Shown here piece by piece: positions 30,778-39,784 of a stretch of 64,000 nucleotides of DNA. This stretch comes from an uncultured delta proteobacterium (GTDB lineage Bacteria; Desulfobacterota; Binatia; UBA9968). Positions within the stretch are counted from its first letter, which is position 1, and each line of letters starts with the position of its first letter. The translations under genes were made by a program, and so were the position numbers. Where the stretch lies: assembly GCA_963771465.1 (NCBI GenBank), contig CAVYTU010000017.1, forward strand, positions 192,001-256,000, given 5' to 3'. The notes below the pieces were generated by a model. It saw only the letters and a list, made by a program, of their open reading frames with translations. It was not told the origin of the DNA and did not search any database.

Positions 30778-30992
30778 CGCTGAGCGCATTCTTCGCTACA
30801 AAAATATTTGCCGTCGCGGGCAACGGCTTCCGACTTCGGCACATAGGTTTGACACTGCGGATCGAGCACCATCGCTTCGCCGAGTTGGGGTGCGTCCGGA
30901 GATTTTCCCTTACGGCCGAGGAGAAGCGATTTCAGCACCAGAAATAGAATATAGACGATGGCTGAGAGGAACAGCAGGCGGAGAAGCAGCAT
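30756..30992 (-). CDS. Small membrane-anchored TRASH/YHS-like (PP0621-like) protein
   Basis: N-terminal TM then MVLDPQCQTYVP...YFCSEEC. Confidence 0.7.
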   Translation of the reverse strand: MLLLRLLFLSAIVYILFLVLKSLLLGRKGKSPDAPQLGEAMVLDPQCQTYVPKSEAVARDGKYFCSEECAQRYLADRA

Positions 30993-31023
30993 AGCACTCC
31001 CGATTCGAAGCCGGCCCGCCGGC

Positions 31024-31527
31024 TTAGGAGTGAAACAGATGAATTTTCTTGTCGTCTTTAACCTTGAATAGCAATTCGGAGATGGTTACGCCCAGCTCGG
31101 GATGGACGACTTGAGGCGCGATTTCGCTCAGGGGAATGAGCACGAATTTGCGTGTCGACATCTCCGGATGGGGGATGCGCAGATCCTTTTTTTTCACCAC
31201 CGCGGAGTCATAGAGCAAGATGTCGAGGTCGATGATCCGCGCGCCCCAGCGTTTTTTCACTTTCTTTCGTCCCATCGCGCGCTCGATGTTTTTGAACTTC
31301 TTGAGCAGCATGTCGGGCTTGAATTTGGTTTCGATCTCCACCGCGCCGTTGACGTACCAGTCTTTGGCGTCGCCCAGCGGCTCGCTTTCGTAGAGCGATG
31401 ACTCCTTGATCACGCGGGTGTCCGGCAGTTTGGCGAGACGGTTCACCGCCTCGAAGAAGTTTTCCCTCTTGTTGCCGACGTTGGATCCGATGCCGATGTA
31501 AACTTGGTGGGCAATCGCGCTGGCCAT
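31024..31527 (-). CDS. folK: 2-amino-4-hydroxy-6-hydroxymethyldihydropteridine diphosphokinase
   Basis: YIGIGSNVG, WGARIIDLDILL, IPHP, FVLIPLSEI. Confidence 0.95.
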   Translation of the reverse strand: MASAIAHQVYIGIGSNVGNKRENFFEAVNRLAKLPDTRVIKESSLYESEPLGDAKDWYVNGAVEIETKFKPDMLLKKFKNIERAMGRKKVKKRWGARIIDLDILLYDSAVVKKKDLRIPHPEMSTRKFVLIPLSEIAPQVVHPELGVTISELLFKVKDDKKIHLFHS

Positions 31528-31550
31528 GTTGTTGCTTTTGGAAAAGAATT

Positions 31551-32732
31551 CTACAGCTTGACCCGGCGAATCCTTTCCGCTACCTCCCGCAACCGTTCTT
31601 TGTCAACGCAAACGGTAAATCGAACATAACCTTCGCCGGCATCACCGAAGCCGTTGCCCGGTGTCGTGACCACGCCGGCATCGTCAAGCAGTTTGGCGGT
31701 AAAATCGGCGGACGAAAGCCCCTTGGGGCAAGCAACCCAAACGTAGAACGTCGCCTTGGGCTTGTCGCATTCCAAGCCGACGGCGCGCAGGCCGTCGACG
31801 AGTATATCGCGCCGCTCCTGATAGATTTTTCGGCTTGGCTCCACGATCTTATCGCCGAGCTTGAGCGCCTCGATGCCGGCTTCTTGCACGGCCTGGAAAA
31901 TGCCCGAGTCCAAATTCGACTTCGCCTGCGCCAAACCGCCGACCAAATCGGCGTTGCCGACCGCCATGCCGATACGCCAGCCGGTCATGTTGAAGGTTTT
32001 CGACAGCGAATGAAACTCGACGCCGACTTCGCGCGCGCCGTCGACTTCGAGAAAACTCATGGGCCGGTAGCCGTCGTAGCCCATTTCCGTATAGGCGGCG
32101 TCGTGGCAGACGATGACGTTATACTTATTGGCGAAATCGATCACCCGCAGGTAAAAATCCTTGTCCGCGACCGCCGCGGTGGGATTGTTCGGATAGTTGA
32201 TCCAAAGCAGTTTGGCTTGCTTGGCTACATCCGCTGGGATGGCATCGAGGTCCGGTAGAAATTGATTTTCTTTCCTGAGCGGCAAAAAGTAATTTTTGCC
32301 GCCGCTAAATGCCGTGCCGATGTGATAAACTGGGTAACAAGGGCTCGATACCAACACAACATCGCCGGGATCGACGAAGGCGACCGCCATATTGCCGATG
32401 CCTTCCTTGGAACCGATCAGCGAGACGACTTCTTTTGCCGGATCTAAGGTCACCTTGAAACGGGATTGATACCAGTTGCTGACGGCTTGGCGGAACTCGC
32501 CCATGCCCGAACTGCTTGGATAACGGTGATTAACCGGTTTGCTGGCACCCTCCAAGAGCTTTTCCACGACCACTGATGGTGTTGGAATATCCGGATCGCC
32601 GACGCCAAGATCGATCAAATCGACCCCGCGTGACATGGCTTCGCGTTTGCGGCGGTCGATCTCAGCGAAGAGGTACGGCGGCAACTCGTTGATTCTTCGG
32701 GCCTTTTTTATTGCGATAGGCAATGCTTTCAA
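31551..32732 (-). CDS. dapL: LL-diaminopimelate aminotransferase
   Basis: LPPYLFAEID, LGVGDPD, GSKEG, NYPNNPT, DAAY, SLSKTFNMTGWRIG. Confidence 0.85.
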   Translation of the reverse strand: MKALPIAIKKARRINELPPYLFAEIDRRKREAMSRGVDLIDLGVGDPDIPTPSVVVEKLLEGASKPVNHRYPSSSGMGEFRQAVSNWYQSRFKVTLDPAKEVVSLIGSKEGIGNMAVAFVDPGDVVLVSSPCYPVYHIGTAFSGGKNYFLPLRKENQFLPDLDAIPADVAKQAKLLWINYPNNPTAAVADKDFYLRVIDFANKYNVIVCHDAAYTEMGYDGYRPMSFLEVDGAREVGVEFHSLSKTFNMTGWRIGMAVGNADLVGGLAQAKSNLDSGIFQAVQEAGIEALKLGDKIVEPSRKIYQERRDILVDGLRAVGLECDKPKATFYVWVACPKGLSSADFTAKLLDDAGVVTTPGNGFGDAGEGYVRFTVCVDKERLREVAERIRRVKL

Positions 32733-32834
32733 ACCTCCAATTGAAAATCGCCACGGTTGTACCTGTTTTTTATATTTTTGACAACCACAAAGGAAAAACG
32801 CATTGTGACCAGGCAGATGGGAAACCCTTAAAGC

Positions 32835-33332
32835 ATGGATGTTATTATCGATGGCTACAACCTAATCGGCAGCGACCAAGGGCTCCAGGGAGCGCTGGAA
32901 CATAAGCGAAACTGGCTGGTTCAGCAGCTTCAACGCTATCAAAAACTCAAACAGTTCAACGTGATCGTCGTGTTCGACGGCTGGCGGACCGGTTCAGCCA
33001 ACGAAACCAGCGAAAAGACCGCCGGGGTTTCAATAATTTACTCGCGCATCGGTGAAAAAGCTGATCAAGTCATCATTCGTATCGCTCGAGAAAAAGGCAG
33101 TGGCGCGGTAGTCGTTAGCTCGGATCGTGAAATTCGCAATGCGGTGGAGCGCGGCGGCGCCGTGGCAATTCATGCGGGTGAGTTCATGCAAATCTTAAAA
33201 AGCATCGATGGCGTCAGATTCGAGGATGACATTGACGACGCCTATGAAGTTGCAGATAAGCGTGGCAATCCCAACCGCCTCGGCAAAGCCGAGCGCAAGC
33301 GCCTCGACAAGCTAAAAAGACTAAAGCTGTGA
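32835..33332 (+). CDS. NYN-domain (YacP/Rae1-like) ribonuclease
   Basis: IIDGYNLI, VVFDG, ADQVI, VVSSDRE acidic PIN/NYN motifs. Confidence 0.85.
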   Translation: MDVIIDGYNLIGSDQGLQGALEHKRNWLVQQLQRYQKLKQFNVIVVFDGWRTGSANETSEKTAGVSIIYSRIGEKADQVIIRIAREKGSGAVVVSSDREIRNAVERGGAVAIHAGEFMQILKSIDGVRFEDDIDDAYEVADKRGNPNRLGKAERKRLDKLKRLKL

Positions 33333-33393
33333 TGCAGTTCTGAAATTTGGAATCATCATCGCAGTGACGGTTGCGGCATGCTAGCACTAGAAA

Positions 33394-34044
33394 TTATTTG
33401 CTGCTTGGCCGTTCAACGGCAGTCAAAAGCCCGTTTTGGAAATTGAGGATTGAACCATCGGCGTAGAACCAGCGTTCTTCTTTAACGGAGGTTACGCCGC
33501 GTCGGTTCACAACCCGTTTTGGCGCACCTAAGACCCGTTTTACCTCGCCGCTGCTGAGTCCAGGTGTCGCGTGTCGCTTGATAGCCGCCTGTTTGACGGC
33601 GGCTGACCAAGGTTGCGCCTGAATCCAATCGACGCGCTTCTTGTCTTCTACGGCAAATTCCTCCGCCTTGCGTTTTTCATTAGCCTTCGGATCGGCCGTG
33701 GCAATCGTTGCGTTTAGCTCTTCGTGAAATGCATCCGGTTTCATGTAGCCAACTTTGCCCGATGCGAACTTCACTTTGTAATAGGGATTTTTCTGCGCTC
33801 GTCCGACGAGCTCGGTGATCTCAAACGAATCGTTGTCGACAGCTTGAAAATTTGCCGCGTTGGGTGCCGGAGCGGCGAGGAAAACCGGTAATTTGCCATT
33901 CACGGCCGTGATCCAAAACTCGCTGCCGACCCGTCCCGCCAGCGCATCCATTTGTTTTTCCGTGTAGTGATTGGAGGCAAATGCCCAACCTGAAAGATCG
34001 CTCAGGGCCAGCAGAATGAAAATGATTTTGAATGACCTAAGCAT
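33394..34044 (-). CDS. Secreted hypothetical protein with SmpA/DUF2845-like C-terminal domain
   Basis: Signal peptide; GLSSGEVKRVLGAP...EERWFY...LNFQNGLLTAV. Confidence 0.6.
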   Translation of the reverse strand: MLRSFKIIFILLALSDLSGWAFASNHYTEKQMDALAGRVGSEFWITAVNGKLPVFLAAPAPNAANFQAVDNDSFEITELVGRAQKNPYYKVKFASGKVGYMKPDAFHEELNATIATADPKANEKRKAEEFAVEDKKRVDWIQAQPWSAAVKQAAIKRHATPGLSSGEVKRVLGAPKRVVNRRGVTSVKEERWFYADGSILNFQNGLLTAVERPSSK

Positions 34045-34220
34045 GACTCGATGGATTAGACGATGGCGAAACGGTTTTGCTTACGCTGATTCAGCCAAGC
34101 TAAAAAAAACATCGCGCGAAGGTCCGAGCGTGTTGATAATCGAGCGGACTACTGCGGACGGCTAAAGCTGGATGTTGATGTCACCAATTTGCCACTACCA
34201 ACAACTACCTATGAAAAAAA

Positions 34221-34297
34221 TGGTTGCGGGGCCGGGATTTGAACCCGGGACCTCAAGGTTATGAGCCTTGCGAGCTACCAGACTGCTCCACCCCGCG
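34221..34297 (-). tRNA. tRNA-fMet (CAT), initiator
   Basis: CGCGGGGTGGAGCAGTCTGGTAGCTCGCAAGGCTCATAACCTTGAGGTCCCGGGTTCAAATCCCGGCCCCGCAACCA: C1:A72 mismatch, CAT anticodon, encoded CCA. Confidence 0.96.
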
Positions 34298-34316
34298 ATA
34301 AGAATTTCGAGTGATC

Positions 34317-34345
34317 TTTGTACCTTGCGCTTTCCACGGAGTCAA
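34317..34345 (-). promoter_or_regulatory. Putative sigma70 promoter of tRNA-fMet
   Basis: TTGACT-N17-TACAAA about 20 bp upstream of the tRNA. Confidence 0.6.
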
Positions 34346-34359
34346 GGTAGTGAAGCTCA

Positions 34360-34782
34360 ATGAGTGAAAAATTGCGCAATCCACTGCTCACCGTCGATAT
34401 CATCGTTGAAGTAAACGGCGGCATCGTTCTGATCGAAAGAAAAAATATTCCCCATGGCTGGGCGATCCCTGGCGGGTTTGTCGACTACGGGGAGAGTATT
34501 GAAACCGCGGCGCTGCGTGAGGCGAAGGAAGAAATCTCCCTTGATGTTGTTCTAACCGATCAGTTCCATACTTATTCCAATCCGAACCGGGACCCACGCC
34601 ATCACACCGTGTCAACGGTTTTCATTGCGACTGCGAATGGCACTCCTCGTGGTGCCGACGACGCCAAAGTAGCGCGGCTGTTTCGCGAGGACGATTTGCC
34701 CCAACCGATCGTGTTCGATCACAAACAAATCCTGCGCGACTATTTCGTATTCAAAAAGACCGGCCGACGACCGCAGCCGTGA
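34360..34782 (+). CDS. NUDIX hydrolase
   Basis: [22 protein letters not shown] Nudix box, YSNPNRDPR. Confidence 0.92.
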   Translation: MSEKLRNPLLTVDIIVEVNGGIVLIERKNIPHGWAIPGGFVDYGESIETAALREAKEEISLDVVLTDQFHTYSNPNRDPRHHTVSTVFIATANGTPRGADDAKVARLFREDDLPQPIVFDHKQILRDYFVFKKTGRRPQP

Positions 34783-34792
34783 TGCGAACTCA

Positions 34793-35989
34793 TTAGCTGA
34801 GCTTGGCGACCGCGTCGCGAATGCGCGCGCAACCCTTCTCGATGTCTGGGAGCGATGTCGCGTAGGAGAAGCGAATATGCTCGCGGGAACCGAAATCTTC
34901 GCCCGGCACGCCGGCGACTTTGGCCGCTTCGAGCAAGTAGTCGGCAAGGTCGCACGGCGATGCGAGTTTCTTGCCATTTCCCATCTTGCCTAACAAGCCG
35001 GCGATGTTGGGAAAGACATAGAACGCGCCTTCCGGTTTGAGGCAGCGAATGCCCGGGATCGCGTTCAGCCGCTCGACGATCACGTCGCGGCGTTTGTGAA
35101 ATTCCTTGACCATTATCGTCACCGTGTCCTGCGGTCCGCGGATCGCTTCCAACGCCGCCGCTTGAGCGATGGAGGTGGGGTTAGAGGTGGATTGGCTCTG
35201 AATTTTTGCCGATGCGGCGATAACATCGCTCGGGCCGAGGGCGTAACCGATGCGCCAACCGGTCATGGCGTAAGTCTTCGACACGCCGTTGATGAGGAGC
35301 GTGCGCTCGCGCAGCGCCGGGCACAGCGCGACAAGATTGTGAATCTCAAAGCCGTCGTAAACAATCTTCTCGTAAATATCGTCAGCGAAAATAAGACAGT
35401 CGTGCTTTTCCAGAATCGCGCCGATGGCGAGCAGTTCGTCGCGATTGTAGCTCGCGCCGGTGGGATTGCACGGACTGTTCAAGAAGAAGACGCGTGTCTT
35501 TGGCGTCAGCGCCGCTTGGAGTTGTTCGGGTTTGATTCGAAACGCGCTCGCCTCAGTAGTCGGGATCAACTTTGGCGCGCCGCCGGCGAGTAAAGCCATA
35601 TCCGAGTAGCTCACCCAATAGGGCGCGGGAATCAGCACTTCGTCGCCCGGATTGACCACCGCTTGTAGCAGATTATAAATCGAGTGCTTGGCGCCGCAGC
35701 TCACGATGACGTCTTCTTTGCGGTAGCTCAGGCCGTATTCCTTTTGATATTTTTGCGCGATCGCTTCGCGCAAGGGCTCGATGCCTTTAACATCGGTATA
35801 TTTCGTCATGCCTTTGCCGAGCGCCTCGATCGCCGCCGCTTTGATAGGTTCCGGCGTGTCGAAGTCCGGTTCACCGGCGGAGAAATTGACGACATCGACG
35901 CCTTCGGCGCGGAGTTTTCCTGCTTTGGCGGCGATCGCCAAGGTCACCGACGGTTTGACGAGACTCGTGCGTTCAGCGAGCTTTGTCAT
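34793..35989 (-). CDS. aspC: Aspartate aminotransferase (class I PLP)
   Basis: AGEPDFDTP, GAKHS, NSPCNPTG, DDIYE, GVSKTYAMTGWRIGY. Confidence 0.88.
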   Translation of the reverse strand: MTKLAERTSLVKPSVTLAIAAKAGKLRAEGVDVVNFSAGEPDFDTPEPIKAAAIEALGKGMTKYTDVKGIEPLREAIAQKYQKEYGLSYRKEDVIVSCGAKHSIYNLLQAVVNPGDEVLIPAPYWVSYSDMALLAGGAPKLIPTTEASAFRIKPEQLQAALTPKTRVFFLNSPCNPTGASYNRDELLAIGAILEKHDCLIFADDIYEKIVYDGFEIHNLVALCPALRERTLLINGVSKTYAMTGWRIGYALGPSDVIAASAKIQSQSTSNPTSIAQAAALEAIRGPQDTVTIMVKEFHKRRDVIVERLNAIPGIRCLKPEGAFYVFPNIAGLLGKMGNGKKLASPCDLADYLLEAAKVAGVPGEDFGSREHIRFSYATSLPDIEKGCARIRDAVAKLS

Positions 35990-36495
35990 CTCGACGTTCC
36001 TGAATGCTTGAATTTCTCTCTGAGCTTCGCCAGCACGTTATCCGGCACCAGACCGGAAACATCGCCACCCAGACTGGCAACTTCTTTGACCAATCGGGAG
36101 CTGGTGTAGAATTCCGATTCGCCGGTCATCATGAAGAAGGTTTCCAGTTTGGGCTTGAGCCGGTGATTCATCATCGCCATTTGGAATTCATATTCAAAAT
36201 CAGATATCGCCCGCAGGCCGCGGATGACCACGGTCGAGCCTTTGCGCTCGGCGTAGTCAACCAGCAATCCTTGAAAGGAGTCAGCCTTAACTCGGCCGTG
36301 CAGCGGCGCGAAGACTTCGTTGACCATGTCGATTCGTTCTTGCAGGCCAAAAAGCGAGCGATCCTTTTCCGGATTGCTGGCGATGGCGACGATCACTTTA
36401 TCGAAGACGCGCAAGGTGCGTGTGACCAAATCGACGTGCCCATTGGTGATTGGATCGAAGGAGCCGGGGTAGATCGCGAGATCGCTATTTGCCAT
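35986..36495 (-). CDS. coaD: Pantetheine-phosphate adenylyltransferase
   Basis: YPGSFDPITNGH, IRGLRAISDFEYE. Confidence 0.97.
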   Translation of the reverse strand: MANSDLAIYPGSFDPITNGHVDLVTRTLRVFDKVIVAIASNPEKDRSLFGLQERIDMVNEVFAPLHGRVKADSFQGLLVDYAERKGSTVVIRGLRAISDFEYEFQMAMMNHRLKPKLETFFMMTGESEFYTSSRLVKEVASLGGDVSGLVPDNVLAKLREKFKHSGTSR

Positions 36496-36505
36496 GTGTT
36501 CGTCC

Positions 36506-37078
36506 TTAAACCGGTTGATTCGGAGTTGCCGCTAATACAAAGAATGACAGGAGAGTATCACCATAACGTCTTTGGTCATTCAAGACGAGATGGTCATACT
36601 GGGATTTCACGGCCTCACGAGCGCTGTGTTCCGCAACTACCTTGCCGGTGGCGGTCAGCGCATTATTTTGGGCAAGCGTTTTGAGTGTGGTGCCGACCAA
36701 CTCGCGGTCGTAGGGCGGATCGAGAAATATCAGATCAAAGCGTTCGCCCGACTTCGCGAGCTTCCGTAGCGAGCGCGCTACCGGTGCGGTCCACACTTGT
36801 GCGCGCTCGTTCAGACTGAGCCGACGGAGATTTTCTCGGATAACCGCTGTCGCGCGCGGCGATTCGTCGACGAGTACCGCGATTGCCGCGCCGCGGCTTA
36901 GCGCTTCGATGCTGACGTTGCCGCTGCCGGCGAAAAGATCGAGGACTCGCATACCGGAAAAGTCATGCGGCAAGATATTAAACAGCGACTCTTTGACCCG
37001 CGCCGCGGTGGGACGGGTCGCCTGCCCTTTAGGAACTTTTAGCCGGCGTCCGCGCGCCGCGCCCCCGATGACTCGCAT
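36506..37078 (-). CDS. rsmD: 16S rRNA (guanine966-N2)-methyltransferase
   Basis: MRVIGG..RGRRL, RPT..RVKESLFN, LDLFAGSG, FLDPPY. Confidence 0.95.
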   Translation of the reverse strand: MRVIGGAARGRRLKVPKGQATRPTAARVKESLFNILPHDFSGMRVLDLFAGSGNVSIEALSRGAAIAVLVDESPRATAVIRENLRRLSLNERAQVWTAPVARSLRKLAKSGERFDLIFLDPPYDRELVGTTLKTLAQNNALTATGKVVAEHSAREAVKSQYDHLVLNDQRRYGDTLLSFFVLAATPNQPV

Positions 37079-37121
37079 AAATTTCTACTGATCCGTAGGA
37101 TTCGCCCAACCGCGATCGCCG

Positions 37122-38129
37122 CTAGGATTCGATGCGTAATACGACCTTGCCGAACACACTATCTTGCGCCAGCCGCTGTTCTGCTAGCGCGGTGGCGTCG
37201 TATGGAACGACTCGATCGATGATCGGTTGGGTGCCCGTGACATCGAGAAAGCTCAGCACCTGGCGAAATTCCTCGCGGCTGCCGAGTGTCGCCCCGAACA
37301 CTTTCAAGTCGTTCCAAAAAATCCGCCGTAGATCAGTGGGTGGCGCGGCGCCGGCGGCGGCGCCTGAAGTCACTAGCCGCCCGCCTTTTGCGAGCGACGC
37401 AAGACTTTTCACCCAGCCATCGCCGCCAACGCAGTCAAGCACCACGTCGACGCCGCGTTTGTTAGTAAGATGGCGAACCTCCTTGGCGAAGTCTGCATTA
37501 TGGCGATTAATGCCATGTTCAGCGCCGAGATTCTTGGCTTTGGCAAGCTTCGCTTCGCTCTTTGACGTTACGATTATCCGCGCTCCCAAATATTTCGCTA
37601 ACTGCAACGCGGCGGTGGTGACGCCGCTGCCAATATCCACGAGCAATATCCACTGACCCGGTTTTAGCTCGGCGATGGTAACCAGCATGCGCCAGGCGGT
37701 GAGAAACGCCGTGGGAAAGGCGGCGGCTTGGGCCAATGAAAATCCCGCGGGGACAGCGAAGCCATTGTGCGCCGGCAGGCGGACGAACTTGGTGCACGGC
37801 GCAATTCCGCTCATATCAGCGCACATGAATTCACGGTCGTTGACGCAATATTCGCACGCACCACAACCGAAACAAGGATAAAGACATACCGCGTCCCCCG
37901 GTTTAAGATTTTTCACAGCGCTGCCAACGGCGATGACGATGCCGGCGCCGTCGGCGCCGAGCATTTCAGGCGACGGCGAGCTCTCGCCAGCTTCTTCCCG
38001 GCGCAGGCAAATATCACTATCGTTCAGTCCTACCGCCTTGAGTTCGACGACGGCATCGCCGGGCGACTCGATTGCCGCCAGAGCGCGCGTTCCATCGGGC
38101 AAATGGTCGAGGCCACTTTGCTGGTACAT
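37122..38129 (-). CDS. Zinc-binding MDR oxidoreductase (ADH/quinone reductase family)
   Basis: LGADGAG, CGACEYC...C structural Zn cluster, FLTAWRML, GVDVVLDCVG, FGKVVL. Confidence 0.8.
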   Translation of the reverse strand: MYQQSGLDHLPDGTRALAAIESPGDAVVELKAVGLNDSDICLRREEAGESSPSPEMLGADGAGIVIAVGSAVKNLKPGDAVCLYPCFGCGACEYCVNDREFMCADMSGIAPCTKFVRLPAHNGFAVPAGFSLAQAAAFPTAFLTAWRMLVTIAELKPGQWILLVDIGSGVTTAALQLAKYLGARIIVTSKSEAKLAKAKNLGAEHGINRHNADFAKEVRHLTNKRGVDVVLDCVGGDGWVKSLASLAKGGRLVTSGAAAGAAPPTDLRRIFWNDLKVFGATLGSREEFRQVLSFLDVTGTQPIIDRVVPYDATALAEQRLAQDSVFGKVVLRIES

Positions 38130-38263
38130 ATTATTAACGGCTTGCAGAACGATTCCTTAGAGAATTTGGCTAGCAGGATCGCGCGGTAAATTCAAAGCGT
38201 CGGACATAACAAGGCTGGGAACGATCAGCGGCGCGCTCACTGCGGCGCTGATTGGCTGGCGCG

Positions 38264-38611
38264 TTAAGCGGAAAAAGAGGTGCCGCAACCGCAGGTCGCG
38301 GTGGCGTTAGGATTGCTGAACTTAAAACCACCGCCGTAGAGGCCGGTCTCAAAGTCGATGACCATGCCCTGTAAGAACGGCGCGCTGGCGCTGTCGATGT
38401 AAACTCTGACGCCACTCCACTCGAGCACGGTGTCATCAGATTTTTGTTCTTTGTCGAAGTCGAGCTTGTAGGAGTGGCCGGAGCAGCCGCCGTCAGTCAC
38501 GGCTACACGTAAAGCCTGGCCGGCGCGGTCGTCGCGCGCAAGGAGCTTTCTAACCTGCTCGATGGCGGTCTCGGTCAGCGTCAGGTCTAATGCGGTGTCG
38601 GTGGTTTCCAT
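38264..38611 (-). CDS. HesB/IscA/ErpA-family Fe-S carrier protein
   Basis: GGCSG and NPNA..TCGCGTSF motifs. Confidence 0.93.
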   Translation of the reverse strand: METTDTALDLTLTETAIEQVRKLLARDDRAGQALRVAVTDGGCSGHSYKLDFDKEQKSDDTVLEWSGVRVYIDSASAPFLQGMVIDFETGLYGGGFKFSNPNATATCGCGTSFSA

Positions 38612-38679
38612 GGCTTTGTCCTTGATGACTTAAGGTTAATGCCGGTGTGGCTGCAAGTCAAGGAAGCTTCGAGTCGGGC

Positions 38680-39606
38680 TTAGCGGTCGAACAGGGCCTG
38701 CACGAATTGGCGAGGGTTAAAGGGTTGCAGGTCTTCAACGTCTTCGCCGACGCCAATATACTTCACCGGCACGCCGAGCTCTTCTTGGATGCCGACGATG
38801 ACTCCCCCTTTGGCGGTGCCGTCGAGCTTGGTGAGCACGATGCCGGTGATCGCCGTCGCTTCTTTGAAGACGCGGGCTTGCTGCAAGCCGTTCTGGCCAG
38901 TGGTCGCGTCCAACACCAAGAGGGTTTCATGGGGCGCGTCGGGCTGCTCGCGCATGATCACCCGGCGGATTTTTTTTAGCTCTTCAACCAAATGCACTTT
39001 GGTGTGGAGCCGGCCCGCGGTGTCGATCAGCAAAACGTCGACGCCGCGGCTTTTCGCCGCTTGAACGCCGTCGAAGACAACGGCCGACGGGTCCGAGCCG
39101 GCCTTATGTTTGACGACATCGACGCCAACCCGTTGGCCCCAAATGTCGAGCTGTTCGACGGCGGCGGCGCGAAAGGTGTCCCCCGCGACCAACAAAACTT
39201 TTTTCCCGGCGCTGCGATACTGGGCGGCGAGTTTACCGATGGTCGTGGTCTTGCCGACACCGTTCACGCCGAGAAAAAGAATTACCCATGGCTTGACTGA
39301 CAGAGGTGCGATTCGCGGTGCTGACGTTGAGCCTTGGAGCATGTCGACCATCGCCGCTTGGAGACGCGCAGCCATTTCTTGGCCCAAGTCTTCGTCGCCA
39401 TTGGGCGATTGGCGGCGCAGCGCGTCCATCAATTTTTGCGTCGCTTTAACGCCAACATCGGCGGTGAGCAAGCTTTCTTCCATGGCGTCGAGAGAGGTTT
39501 CATCCCACTGGCGATTCTGGAAGATCGCGCCGATTTTTTCGACCCAGGTCTCACGGCTTTTAGTTAGGCCTTGCTTGAGCCGTTGAAAGAAAGAACCTTC
39601 TGCCAT
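38680..39606 (-). CDS. ftsY: SRP receptor FtsY
   Basis: GVNGVGKTTTIGKLA, DTFRAAA, DTAGRL, TKLDGTAKGG. Confidence 0.97.
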   Translation of the reverse strand: MAEGSFFQRLKQGLTKSRETWVEKIGAIFQNRQWDETSLDAMEESLLTADVGVKATQKLMDALRRQSPNGDEDLGQEMAARLQAAMVDMLQGSTSAPRIAPLSVKPWVILFLGVNGVGKTTTIGKLAAQYRSAGKKVLLVAGDTFRAAAVEQLDIWGQRVGVDVVKHKAGSDPSAVVFDGVQAAKSRGVDVLLIDTAGRLHTKVHLVEELKKIRRVIMREQPDAPHETLLVLDATTGQNGLQQARVFKEATAITGIVLTKLDGTAKGGVIVGIQEELGVPVKYIGVGEDVEDLQPFNPRQFVQALFDR

Positions 39607-39784
39607 GCCTTGATACTGTTGGAAGCCCGGGTGAGAGTCAAACGGGGCACACGTGAAATCGCGCGCAGCACAAATTGCTGGCTAGGTATAGGTGTACTTC
39701 GGAGTCCCTTACGAGGCGCCGGACGAACGACAAAAATTCCCAATGACCTAGAGGATTTTATTCATGGCGCGGATTGCGCTTGTG

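Noticed and set aside
30991-31020. TAGCACTC resembling a CIRCE half-site
   Set aside because: No matching GAGTGCTAA arm 9 bp away and not upstream of a heat-shock gene
34221-34297. tRNA as an integration site for a genomic island
   Set aside because: No integrase nearby and no duplicated tRNA 3' end noticed in the window
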